From NCBI GenBank assembly GCA_012295275.1, contig CM022675.1, forward strand, positions 15,686,001 through 15,750,000: a DNA stretch of 64,000 bases, in the 5' to 3' direction. Below the pieces are notes generated by a model, which was not told the origin of the DNA, made no database searches, and saw only the letters and a list, made by a program, of their open reading frames with translations. How positions within the stretch are numbered: position 1 is the first letter of the stretch; each line of letters starts with the position of its first letter. The position numbers and the translations under genes are program-made. This DNA comes from Chrysomallon squamiferum. Taxonomy: Eukaryota > Animalia > Mollusca. Shown one piece after another: positions 1 to 12,957 of the stretch.

Positions 1-95
1 GTTGCATAATATGTAATACATTTGATAGCTCGGCCCTCCTCCAAAATTCTTCATTGCTGTCTGGTCCCCTCTCTCCAAAGGTTTGCCGACCCCTG
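1..95. mobile_element. Terminal part of a hAT (Charlie-like) DNA transposon or MITE, truncated by the window start
   Basis: 77-95 AAAGGTTTGCCGACCCCTG is the reverse complement of CAGGGGTCGGCAAACCTTT, a hAT-Charlie (MER58-like) terminal inverted repeat. It is followed by ATTTAAAC (96-103), an 8-mer with the central TA typical of Charlie target sites. The other end lies outside the window. Confidence 0.65.
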
Positions 96-1070
96 ATTTA
101 AACAACGTATTGACCTCGGCTACTGAACGAATTGAAACACACATAAATAAAACAAACCTGTAATGTAGATCAATAGCGTGAACGACACCTGAATAATTAT
201 TGTGTTTTATAAATCGTTTATGTTCTGTTCCTTTAACAAAACCACTATTGACGCAGTCTGTTACTTATATTTAATATATTGTAGAAAGGACATTCTGATA
301 TTTATATTGCTGATACAAACGTCAGGGTCTCTAATTCACCGCTGTGTTTAAATTTACCTCCTGTTTCCAAAGGCATGTGTATTTCTGGTTTATATGTATA
401 TATAAAATTAAAAAAAAATATATATATATATAAAACAAATGAAAAAAAAAGAAAAGAAAAGAAAAAAAGGAAAAATCAAAATTAAATAAAAGGTACTGAC
501 TGCTACTACTTCTATTTCTACTACCACTAATAATAACGTAACAAAAGAAATGAAACTGTTCGACTCAAGAGTACTAAAAAATCAAATTTGGAAGAGTTAA
601 TTAATCACACAGACAAAATTTAATGGAAGTCAAACATTTGATATTTCTGGCAGAGTTTTGTTATTTTTCTATTGGCACAAACTGATTTACGCGGCGATAA
701 GCAGGAAACTCGAGTTCGTTGTTTGAGTTAGTAATGGATGTTTTTTGTTTTTGCGACTGAAATAACTCGGTTGCCAATGGCGACGCATCCCATGTCGACA
801 GCATATTAAGTGACTGGTTTATCTTTGAAACGATTATCAGTCTATCTGCTGCGTTATTAATCTGTCATCTTTCTATCCTTTCACTCTTCCTTCCTTCCGA
901 GTAAAATGAACATAACAAAATGTCTGAGTTGTCTTATTTGGAAAGTTCACTTTACGTAAATTGTTATATTCTCAGAGTAACCACCCTTTTTCAAATCTTG
1001 TGAGTGGATGCAGAATAAAATATAGCATTAGTTTAGTTCAAGTATAAATATTAATTGTTTTTCTATGATT

Positions 1071-1399
1071 ACTAGTTCTGTTCTAGTATAAGAACTAATT
1101 CTGTTCTAGTACAAGTATTAGTTCTGTTCTAGTATAAGTACTAGTTCTGTTCTAGTATAAGTACTAGTTCTGTTCTAGTATAAGTACTAGTTCTGCTCTA
1201 GTACAAGTATTAGTTCTGTTCTAGTATAAGTACTAGTTCTGTTCTAGTATAAGAACTAATTCTGTTCTAGTACAAGTATTAGTTCTGTTCTAGTATAAGT
1301 ACTAGTTCTGTTCTAGTATAAGTACTAGTTCTGCTCTAGTTTTGATTTAGTTCTAGTATAAGTACTAGTTCTGTTCTAGTATAAGTACTAATTCTGTTC
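1071..1399 (+). repeat. Minisatellite, 23-bp unit ACTAGTTCTGTTCTAGTATAAGT, about 14 copies
   Basis: Unit starts at 1071, 1094, 1117, 1140, 1163, 1186, 1209 and onward. Confidence 0.95.
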
Positions 1400-2744
1400 C
1401 GGGCTGTTCCAGTTCTGTGTGGGCTGGTACACTTCTGACACTGTTTTCTACTTTGCTGACCGATTTTCTTCACTGTACGGATATAGCTACCTGGAGAGCT
1501 ATTTTCTATCTAATTTACTCAGAACGACTTTTTTACGTCCTATAAATGTAATTAAACACATTTCATCTTGTAAGTTACACGATCAGAATTACAGAGAAAC
1601 CCTAGAAGGTGATGACAGATTCCCGAAACTGTTAATGTCTAAACGTGTCGTGTTTCCTTCTTGTCAGAACACAGTCACTGAGTTGTACTTGTTTTAAAAG
1701 TACGAGGAACCAATCAGCTGAAAATATCGAGTGTGCGACTTTATCAGTATGAACGTAACAGCAGAGATAAAATATAAATTTGTAAGAAAATACTTCCAAA
1801 ACATTCGTCCGGTATGAAAGACTGGTTCTCGACTGTTATCTGAGGTAGGCTACAAAGATGCGTAGCATGATAAAAATAATTCATATTTTTTACGGAAAGT
1901 GCCGAAACGTGAAACCGGTTGATCGTTTATTAATTAATTTCTTAGTTTATTTAATTTATTTATGGCATAATATAAATTATATTAAAACTACATTGTTAAA
2001 GTTGTTACAATAAATAAAGGGTCAAATAAATAAGTAAATAAATAAAATAAATAAACAAATAAAACAAACAAAAAAAAAAATAAAAAAAAATAATAAATGA
2101 TAAAGAAATAAATAAAACAAATAAACAAACAAATAAATAGGTAAATAAAGCGAGAATCAAAATAAATGATAAATAAATAGACAGACAAGTATGAAGTAGG
2201 AGTGAAAAGACGTTTGTACGATTAAAGAAAAAACACGTCGCATTTTAAAAATAAAACCTTCCTTTCTTGTAGTTATCAAGTTTGAAAAAGAATTCATACA
2301 AAGTACTAAACAAAGCAGACGGCGTCGTTGGCGGCATTTGCAGACTACAGGAGTGAACGTTGACGTCGCTGCTTGTAAACAAAGTGAAATTGAAATCAAT
2401 TTTCATGTAGTCGCAAATCAGCTTCCTCGGTCCCGCGTGTTAAGGGAATAAACCGAAGACTCTAACAGAAAAGCATTTAATATCCAATGTATTTGACGAA
2501 GCCTCTTCAACTTCAATCGATATCTGACCACTTCAAAACGATTGATATTTAATAGCAGCGATCTTAAAGTAGATGGTCATGTGTTAATGTAAGATTAAAA
2601 AGTGCAATGACATTTAAAGACATTTGGTAAAAGAAGCGATAAGTATTTGTGCATGCTGAAAAAAAAACGAAAAAGATTTTAAAAATTAATAACTGAGGGG
2701 TGAAGTGTTGATTGTAGAACGCATGAAAAATTCTAATGAAAGTG

Positions 2745-2777
<33 letters not shown>

Positions 2778-4037
2778 AAGAAGAAGAAGAAGAAGAGGAA
2801 GAAGAAATGTTTTACGGCCTCTTACAAATAATTAAGGATGACACAAACACTATCTGATGAAACAATAGTCAAATGTGAAAACATTTTAAAAAGTAACAGA
2901 AATCACTGAATGTACTTACCTTGCACATATTCATGTAGTGCGTGCTGTACACATTAGTCTGAATATACGATATTTGATTTATCTCACGTTTGTTTCGCGA
3001 ACTCTAACATGTCAGTGGTGATACTTATTTCTTTTTCAAATGTAATTTACATTAAAATTGGTTTCTATTTCCGAGAAACAATATATCAACTGTTTTTCTT
3101 CTTTCACAGGGAATTCTTACAGGATTGAATTAAGACTAAAAACGATGATAAATCATCAAATCTAATATCATTTTAAAATATATTTTGTTTGTCGCAAAAT
3201 AATGAAAGTCACATAGTAACAGAAATGAAATAGTTACCATAGTGACAGAAATATATGAAATAGCTGTTGTGTTTAGGGAATGTGTGGGAAAAAAAATCAA
3301 AGTCTGTAAATTAACTGAGAATGAACAGAAACACAGATGTTAAACAGACTGACAGACAGATAAAGAGAGTAACCAGTAGATAAGTAGACAGACATATATA
3401 GAGAAACACAAACAGACAGACAGATGGACAGAGAAAAAATTGGGTAGCAAGATAAATTGATGGATGGATTGACAGAAAAAACAGATTGGTTTGTACAGAT
3501 TGACAGATAGACAAACACACAGATATACAGATATAAACAGGTACAAAGACAGATAGAATTATAAAAAAAAGATTAATGTTAAGTTCAAATCAAACACAAA
3601 ATAAATAAACTACATTTCATCAGATCACGTGACCGAGCTATTACCGGCGTAATTACACGGAAAATGCTCGGAACGCTTCGTAACGAATCGGATACGATTC
3701 CCCCGAAGATTACGTGTGAAGTGAGTGACATTTGCTATTCGTCACATTTCATCTCGTTTTTCCTTCCTGCTTCCACGGCTAAGTCGGTGAAAGCAGATTA
3801 AACTGCGTCGCTACCACGTCGTCGTCACACAGGGCACATAGCTCTGTCGTGGTGACCTGTGTCAGAGTCGTTGACGTTCTGCGCCGTTGTCAGCGTCGAA
3901 ATGTAAACATGTGTAAAGTGAGATAATAAATAATAATGTCTCCCGGCGACAACGTCCGATTGTATAACGACAAATGAAATATTCAACAGCAACTCAGTCA
4001 GTGACAGTGACAGTGATAAGTAACATTACGAGCAGCA

Positions 4038-4108
4038 CCAACAACTTCAACAACAACAACAACAACAACAATAATAATAATAATAATAATATACAAAGAT
4101 ATAGCACT

Positions 4109-4183
<75 letters not shown>

Positions 4184-4246
4184 ACAAAATTAAAATACGG
4201 TATAAAATACGGTGGTGGTGGTGGTGGTGGTAGTAGTAGTAGTTAT
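4038..4246 (+). repeat. Compound microsatellite (CAA)n(TAA)n, then (GTA)n, then (GGT)n(AGT)n
   Basis: Directly visible; produces the poly-N, poly-V and poly-G runs of ORF 3974-4309. Confidence 0.95.
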
Positions 4247-4421
4247 AGTAAAATTAGAAATATACGACGTACATATTGTACAGATATAAATAAAGTTATT
4301 TTCAAATAAACTACATATTTTATTGGAGGATGAAATTGTGACAACTTTCGTCTTCCATTTGTTTGATTTCACTGAATAAAACTGTAACTGAACGACGTCT
4401 CTGATCGTCAGAGTGAACGTA

Positions 4422-4434
4422 AGGTCAGTGACCC
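4422..4434. promoter_or_regulatory. Candidate nuclear-receptor IR1 element AGGTCAgTGACCC
   Basis: Exact match to RGGTCAnTGACCY within a CpG-containing unique segment; function not shown. Confidence 0.3.
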
Positions 4435-5100
4435 CTGCGTCAACGTGACTCTGTATTGAGAAAACCAGAACAAAACATCTCTGCATCCAGTAGAATCAAC
4501 AACAAACGTTATTTAAACTTTTCTCCACCGCGCTAATCAGATTACCACACAGACATAATGGTTACCCACGCTTTATATTTAATAAAGACAAATTAAAACT
4601 TTTTTTCACTTTTCTTTTTCTTTTTCTTTTTTTTTAATTTCCACCTCCGTCAAACGTTACAATGTTAGAATTAATGTTATTGTTACCCGCATCACCTTTG
4701 TTTCCCCCGTTAAATGTTAATAATTTGCATTAATATTATTGTTCACAGCCACTTTTTTCTCTTTTTTTTTTTTTTTTGTCTTTTTTTCCGGACTCTGAAA
4801 GTGAAAATTTTGATCTAGTTGACCTATGCTACGCTCAAAAGAAGTTCTGATAAAATTTGTTGCGAATGAAAGTAAAATTATCGTAATTACAACAAAAAAA
4901 AAATGTAACGCACTGGCAGGCACAAGAGAGAAAACTGTAATTAATGGGGGAAAAAAAAGATACCAAAAAAAGTCTGTGAGTTCTGTGAAAACAAATTTAG
5001 CAAATGTGACTGTAAATATCAGTATAAGTAAGTGCATCATGGCGAGTATCAGCAGATTACTTCAGCTTTGTGTCAGAGAGCCGTGAAATCTGTTACAGAA

Positions 5101-5460
5101 CGTTTACAAAGCCGTGTAATACATAATAAAAGAGTGATGTACATTACACATACGTGACGTGCGTTACAAAGCCCTATGTAATACATAATAAAAGAGTGAT
5201 GTACATTACACATACGTGATGTGCGTTACAAAGCCCTATGTAATACATAATAAAAGAGTGATATACATTACACATACGTGATGTGCGTTACAAAGCCTTG
5301 TGTAATACATAATAAAAGAGTGATGTACATTACACATACGTGACGTGCGTTACAAAGCCTTGTGTAATACATAATAAAAGAGTGATGTACATTATACATA
5401 CGTGATGTGCGTTACAAAGCTGTTACAAAGTAAAAGAGTGATATAATACATAATACAAAA
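5101..5460 (+). repeat. Minisatellite, 62-bp unit, about 5.5 copies
   Basis: GCGTTACAAAGC recurs at 5161, 5223, 5285, 5347 and 5409 (period 62). Confidence 0.95.
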
Positions 5461-6112
5461 GAGATGATGTAAAAGCTTTAAGCACATTGCAGAATCATAA
5501 ATGTGCGTTACAAAACTGTGAGATACGCAATATAAGCGTGAAATTCACTACAGAAAGATGACATGCTACAAATTCGTGAGACACGTAAAACAAAACTTAC
5601 AGAATCGCTACAAACGTCACAAAACCGTGAGATACGTACAGACACTGTGAGATCTGCCATCTTCACAGAAGTAAAATAATCCATTAATAAAAAAAAAAAA
5701 TCGGACACTCGGAAAAACGGCTGCAGAATAAATTCGATTTTTTACATTAAATATTAACTTCAAAACGTAGAAATACCACGAGACTGGATATTGACGAGTT
5801 TCAATCCATCATTCAGATTAATGAAATAAAAAACGCGGTGTTTATTTTACACTACCTCTGTGCTCTGGCATTAGAAGAAAGAGAAAAAAGCGATCAGTGA
5901 AAAATACCAATAAATCCCAGTGTGACTATTAGTTTTTGTCGGATGTATAAATATTTATGTTTGTACACACAGGTATACGTACATACGTACATTATAGATG
6001 AGCAGATGCCTGCAAGATTAACATGTGTATTCAATAATGCAGGAATATGTCAAACAAAGATAAACCCATTCGTTTTTGTTACATGTTATTTATTTTATTA
6101 TATACCTACGTA

Positions 6113-6390
6113 AATACATACATACATTATACATACATACATACATACATACACACACATACATACATTTATACATACATACATACATACATACATACAC
6201 ACACATACATTTATACATACATACATATATACATACGTACATACATACATACATACATACATTCATACATACATACATACATACACATACATACATTCAT
6301 TCATACATACATACATACACACACACACACATACACACACACATACATACATTCATACATACACACACACACACATACATACATACGTAC
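6113..6390 (+). repeat. (CATA)n/(CA)n microsatellite
   Basis: Directly visible. Confidence 0.95.
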
Positions 6391-6500
6391 AATATTTAAT
6401 TTCAAAATGATTTAATGAAAATCTAATTTACTGTGTAGCCTCGTTTATAAATAAATTAAGAAAAATGTAAATAAAAAATAAATACAATAGAAGACAATGC

Positions 6501-6688
6501 AATAATAATAATAATAATAATAATAGTAATAATAATAATAGTAATAATAATAATAATAGTAACAATAATAATAATAATAGTAATAATAAAAATAAAAACA
6601 ATAACAATAATAATAATAATAATAATAACAGTAACAATAATAATAATAATAGTAATAATAATAACAATAACAATAATAATAATAATAA

Positions 6689-6722
<34 letters not shown>

Positions 6723-6768
6723 TAATAACAATAATAACAATAATAATAGTAATAATAAGAATAATGAC

Positions 6769-6823
<55 letters not shown>

Positions 6824-6828
6824 GTAAC

Positions 6829-6860
<32 letters not shown>

Positions 6861-6873
6861 TAATAATAATAAT
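6501..6873 (+). repeat. (AAT)n microsatellite, imperfect
   Basis: Directly visible. Confidence 0.95.
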
Positions 6874-7010
6874 ACAGATAAAATATACACATAAAACACA
6901 GTGTCTAGAAGGTGAGGGTTTTGCTGACGGCTGTTAAGCTGTACAGTTGTTAATATGTAAATTATCACAGAAATATTAGTATGTCAATATAGCTCCGTGG
7001 AGGACGTTCA
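6865..7010 (+). repeat. Dispersed repeat A, copy 1 (inverted relative to 17510-17688)
   Basis: 6898-7010 matches the reverse complement of 17510-17653 base for base, except for a 31-bp segment absent here. Confidence 0.92.
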
Positions 7011-7200
7011 AGAACAATGGCCTCGTCTTTGTCGTCGCTGTACAGTTGACGTATATCGTCATCAATGTCGATGCACTTCAGAAAAACGTAGCCACAGGGT
7101 GTTGAAGTGTGCGCGGGTTTTTGTGTTACTTTTTAAACAGATAAAAAGTAAATGTAAAAGAGCAGCACAGCTATGACTCAGAGCAATAGCTAATCCATAT

Positions 7201-7431
7201 GTTATTATTATTATTGTTATTATTATTATTGTTGTTGTTGTTGTTGTTATTATTATTGTTATTATTGTTGTTGTTGTTGTTCTTATTATTATTATTTATT
7301 TATTATTTATTAATATATTATTATTAATAATATTATTAATATTTATTATTATTATAATTATTATTATCATTTTTGTTATTACTATTATTATTACTATTAA
7401 TTTATTATTATTACTATTATTACTAATATTA

Positions 7432-7471
<40 letters not shown>

Positions 7472-7635
7472 GATTTATTATTACAATTATTATTAATATT
7501 GTCTTTATTATTATTATTATCATTATTATCATTATCATTATTATTATTACTATTATTATTAATATTAATTTTGTTATTATTATTATTACTATCATTATTA
7601 TTATTTTAATATCAGCATCATCATCATTATTATTC
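7201..7635 (+). repeat. (ATT/GTT)n microsatellite, imperfect
   Basis: Directly visible; opposite orientation to the (AAT)n tract at 6501-6873. Confidence 0.93.
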
Positions 7636-8240
7636 ATTTTCGTAATTAAATTCACTTCATTTGAAAATTAATCTCAGCCACACAAAAACGCACCCAACTC
7701 CTTTAAGAAAAGCTGGCCCCGCTCCTGGGGTCATTGTTCAGAGAGACGAGAGTTCTTCATATTTAATAGATTTCCCGTCCTCACAAAGGACGTGGAAATA
7801 AAGAAAGCAATACTGCGGGGAATGATGTATTTATTTTTTCACACAAGAGTAAAGATGAAATAATGAACTGATCATCTAGGATTTTTTGTGGTTGTTTGTT
7901 TTGTATAACGAGATCAAATATCGATTACAACAGAAAGGACAGACACACACACTTACAGAGAGATAAAGAGAAAGATGAGTAGAGAAACTGGCACAGAGTT
8001 AGATAAATATATATACAGATACATAAATACAGTGACAGACCCACATACTTACAGAGAGATAAATAAATATACAGATATATGAGTAGAAAGTCAAAGAGAT
8101 AGATAAATATATATACATACAGATACATAAACAGAGTGACAGACACACAGATTTACAGACAGATAAATAGATATACAGATATAGGAGTAGAAAGACAGAC
8201 ATTGATGTAGATAAATAGATAACTACTTTTGCTCTAGTGT

Positions 8241-8565
8241 TACTCTACTACTACTACTACTACCACTACTATTACTGTTAATACTACTAGTAATACTAGT
8301 ACTAGTGCTACTGTTTTACAGCTACTACTGCTGCTGCTATTACTATTATTATTACTTCTACTACTGCTGCTGATACTGTTACTCTTATTAATGTTACTCT
8401 TGCTGCTGCTGCTGCTACTACTACTACTACTACTACTAATGTAACTGCTAGTGTTGTTACGACTATTACTACTGAAGTTACAACTACTATAACTATTACT
8501 ACCCCTACTACTACTACCACTGTAGCTACTAATGCTATTTCTACTACTGCTACAACTGGTACTAT
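8241..8565 (+). repeat. (CTA/CTG)n degenerate microsatellite
   Basis: Directly visible. Confidence 0.9.
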
Positions 8566-10130
8566 TGCTAAACAATATGCATATTTTACTCAGTTCCAGT
8601 TTCTGTAAACACAAAGGTGAATGACCTCCAGTGTTTCAGTTTGACTGTAATTAGCGGAATTATCTGTGCTAATGCACATGCGTAGAAAATGTCATTTGCC
8701 ATCTTAAATTAAGCATATTTATTTTAATGTTCTTCTCCTTTCATCGTGTGTGTATGTGCGTCCATTCATATGTGTGTGGGCTTAGGTTTATATACGTATG
8801 TAAATAGCTACATTATATGTCTGCAGCTAAGTGAGCATCTAAATATATATGTATGAATGGTCGATGTTCGTATTACGTTTGTATATGTGTTTGTCTTTGT
8901 GTTATGCACATTCATGTACGTACTACAGGTGTGTAGGTGTATGTAGATGCTCGTGCCTCTGTGTATTAGTGACACATTATTGTTACAAATTCGGATTCTT
9001 TGTTGTTTATATATTCCACGGATACAACACTGAAGTTCAGCGAAGTTTAACGAAGAACGTAATTTAATTAAAGTTTGTCTGTTTGAAAACTTCGTTTTGC
9101 AGTGGATGTAAAACCCATATTCTGTAACGTGACATGAGTTTGTAAGTTTGTCCACTGTATCTCGTTAAAAGAAGAAGAAGAAGATAAAGAAGAAGAAGAA
9201 GAAGAAGAAGAAGAAGAAAGATGAATAAATAAACAAATAAAGAGAAAAAGAAGAAAAAGACAAAAAAGAAGAACAGAAAGTGTAGTTTTAAAAAAGGATC
9301 GTCAAAAGAAAGAAGTAGAAAAAAATGAAGAAGAAATTGAAGAAAAGAAAGAAGGAAGAAAGGACTGAAGAAAATAAATAAATAAAATGTAGTTTTAGTT
9401 GTTGTATACTAATAGTAAGCGTAGCTGTAGTTGAATTAAGTGTTGTTGTAGTTGTAGTAATTGTAGTTTTAGTTTTAGTAAGTGTTGTTGTAGTTGTAGT
9501 AATTGTAGTTTTAGTTTTAGTAAGTGTAGTTGTTGTTGTAATAATAGCAGCAGAGGTCGTAGTAGTAGTGGTAGTAGTTGATGTGTTGTAGTAGTAGTAG
9601 CAGTTGTTGTTGTTGAAGTTGTTGTAGTGGTAGAATTAACAGTAGAAAATAAGAAACAGAAATGAAACCGTAACAGCCGAAGAGGAAATTAACTTCCAAA
9701 ACGAGAACAACTACAACAACAACAACAGCAGTAGCAGCAAAGGCAACAACACTAACTAGTATTACAAAATATCATCCAGCATAACAACATACCATAACAA
9801 CAACATCAACAAGAGTAGGAGCAGAGGTAACAACAACAACTGCTACAAAATATCATCTGTCATAACAGAATACAATGACAACAACACCAAGAGGAATAAA
9901 AAGATTGCCCATGTTCGAGAATAAGAAACAAAACAGATAACGAAAGAAGAAGAAAGAATAAAACGGAAATAATGAATCGAAGAAGGAATAAGAGAAAAAC
10001 GAAGTCACAGTAAAGTGTGCAGATCGGTGCAGACCTAACTAAGTAAGGACTCTGTTTTCACGTCTAAACAAAAACCCGATTATTTCCTCAGAATTTCTCC
10101 CGCAGTGAAAAGACGCGGAAGGGAGACGAG

Positions 10131-10318
10131 GCTGACGTGACGAGCTCTCATTGACTCACGTGACGAGCTCTCACTGGCTCACGTGACGAGCTCTCATTGT
10201 CTCACGTGACGAGCTCTCGCAGGCTCACGTGACGAGCTCTCACTGGCTCACGTGACGAGCTCTCTAGGGGCTCACGTGACGAGCTCTCATTGTCTCACGT
10301 GACGAGCTCTCACTGGCT
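10131..10318 (+). repeat. Minisatellite, 23-bp unit with invariant core TCACGTGACGAGCTCTC; 7 full copies and 1 partial
   Basis: TCACGTGAC at 10156, 10179, 10202, 10225, 10248, 10272 and 10295, separated by variable 6-7 nt linkers. Confidence 0.95.
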
Positions 10319-10750
10319 GTTTGTGTGAAGAAGGAACAACAGTTCTCAATATCCAGAGAATCTATTTCCTCCTCTTTTATTCCTGTCACCGGGGTCAGAC
10401 GATGTCACAAATACACACAGACAGACAGATGGCAGGAACACGCCATTTTGATATTTTCGCTTCTTTATATAGCAGAGCATTCTGATCAACGTGCAACTCG
10501 CTTCGACAACAGTAATTTAGATTCCTTTACTAAATTTGTTAAATTTATTACTGAAGAAAAAAAAGAAATAGAAAGTAAAAAAAGTTGGAATGTTAATGAT
10601 GTCTTTTTATCCTCGCAGTCGTTTCATTTGTCTGTCTGTCTGTCTGTCGCTCTTTGATATCAATTTTCTGGGAAATTAAAATACAAATTAGAATATTTCC
10701 TTTGTTGTTTTAATTAAAACTGTCTATATGTACGTTTAGACAGACAGACA

Positions 10751-11141
<391 letters not shown>

Positions 11142-11617
11142 GTACATATAGAATGTTATTATTTTTATTTTACTTCAATAAAAAAGTAGCTATCAGTTAA
11201 GTATTACAAGATATCTGAGAAATGATAAGAACTAGTTAGTAAGAAACCTCGTCTCACGGACTACTTTCAGTATCAGTGTATTCCTACGCGTTACCGTCGT
11301 GTTTTGGACAGAACACGACAAACGCTTTTATTAATCGACTTGAGGCCGGCGTCTTTCGTATTGTTTCTGTCACTGGACAAATTGTACACCAAACGAAAAT
11401 AATAAATCTTGAGGTGTTCGAATTTTATGCTCGATTTACTCAGCTAGGTCGACTGTGGCGGATCTATAGTTTCCGATAGAGGGCGGATCTTAATTACAAT
11501 GAAGGGAGAGAATAATTGTAATAACAAGAACAAGTTTGCACATGTAAATGATACGTTATATTACAGAAGAGAGTAAACAGCTAGTTGTGTTACCATATAA
11601 TAACATTTTAAAAAACA

Positions 11618-11760
11618 CGCGGGTTATGGGTGCTGGCCTAATGATATACACACCACTTTGTCCTCCTGTGCCAGTGCGTTCCTGAATAGTGTCTGTGTGC
11701 AGAGACTATTCAGATATACACAAGATAGAGAATATTTAAAATCCTAAACTATATATATAT
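11618..11760 (+). mobile_element. Probable tRNA-derived SINE, copy 1 (body and tail; head largely lost)
   Basis: ACTTTGTCCTCCTGTGCCAGTGCGTTCCTGAATAGTGTCTGTGTGCAGAG... (from 11655) aligns to the reverse complement of about 57160-57250 and 46460-46540. CGCGGGTTATGGGTGC (11618-11633) resembles part of the head of copy 2. A TA/CATA-rich tail follows. Confidence 0.7.
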
Positions 11761-12313
11761 AAATATTGGTGTTTACTTATATAGATTCATACATCCATGC
11801 ATACATAAATATATATGCGTCAATATACATACACTCACACACATATGTACATTATTTAATGTTATATATATAAATATATAGATAGATAGAGAGAGAGAAA
11901 GAGAGAGAGAGAGATGTAGATATATAAGAATTAACAAAACAAAAATAATAAAATTAAGATAACAAAAAAAAAAAATAAAAAAAATAAGTAAATCTTCTCT
12001 TCATTATTACCACAACATTCATTTAGTTATTACTTCACATTACAAATATTATTAATTATGACGTATATAGCGGGTACGAACAGAAATATTTATGAAAGCT
12101 TTTAAAATTTATTTTCAATAATTTCCTTTCAAAGAGACAGTGTCGCATCGTGAAAACGTTTGGTTATGACTACGAATTTTCACTTTACTGTTCTGTGACA
12201 GCTGACGTTACATATCAAAACAGAATCATTCTTTTATTAGCTACTCAATAGTGAAAATTGCTTTGTGAAAAATTCTGGCATGTAGTTTGGGTGGAAAGGC
12301 ATTCTCAGGTATG

Positions 12314-12348
<35 letters not shown>

Positions 12349-12957
12349 ATTCTAGTGACACTAAATAAGGACGACTATAGAGGAATACTGAGACGGTATC
12401 TGAAGTTAATAAGTTATGGTGTTTGTTGTTGTTGTTAAAAATGGTTATATTCAGTAACGTATCTTGTTAATGAATTCAAGTTATATCTCATGTAACGTAT
12501 CTTGTTATGTAGTCGTGTTTTATGTTGTCATCTTGTTATGTAGTCTAATCTCAACGTATCATCTAATGGCGTGTTTTAGTTGTTCAACAGTGACTGTGAT
12601 CTAACGGAAGTCTTTAGTACCTCGAATTCTTAAAAGAAGAAGAAGATGTAAAAGAAGAAGAAGATTAAAAAAAGAAAAGAAGATAAAAATCAAGAAAAAA
12701 AAAGAAGAAAAGAAGAAGAAGAAAACCACCAACAAAAAATGAGGAAAAGACAAACAAGGAAGGCATTCTGAATTTAGCAAATCGCTGGGTATAATTTTAA
12801 TCAGAAATTATCCTGTGTTTATGTTGTTTTAACTCTGTGCAGATGTGGAGAGAAGAAAACCGCAGCCGCAAATGAATATACCACTGTTTTGTTTTTCTAT
12901 GAGCGAGATGTAGGAATCTTCCAGGAGAACTAGTTAGAACGGGATTGATACAACCCT

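Noticed and set aside
2911-2960. Possible 39-nt minus-strand micro-exon ending in AAG|GTAAGT
   Set aside because: The donor is good but the acceptor lacks a pyrimidine tract, and there are no partner exons or recognisable peptide; not supportable without RNA data.
10131-10318. CRISPR-like array (constant repeat plus variable spacer)
   Set aside because: Linkers are only 6-7 nt and recur (ACTGGC three times, ATTGTC twice); there are no cas genes and the context is eukaryotic. It is a minisatellite.
11455-11492. PIF/Harbinger-like terminal motif GTGGCGGATCTA, with GGCGGATCT repeated
   Set aside because: No inverted partner (AGATCCGCC) or TSD was found nearby; too short to call.
12241-12314. 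Possible plus-strand exon (TTTTATTAG| ... CAG|GTATGT)
   Set aside because: All three frames contain stops, and the donor-like GTATGT is the start of a (GTAT)n repeat.
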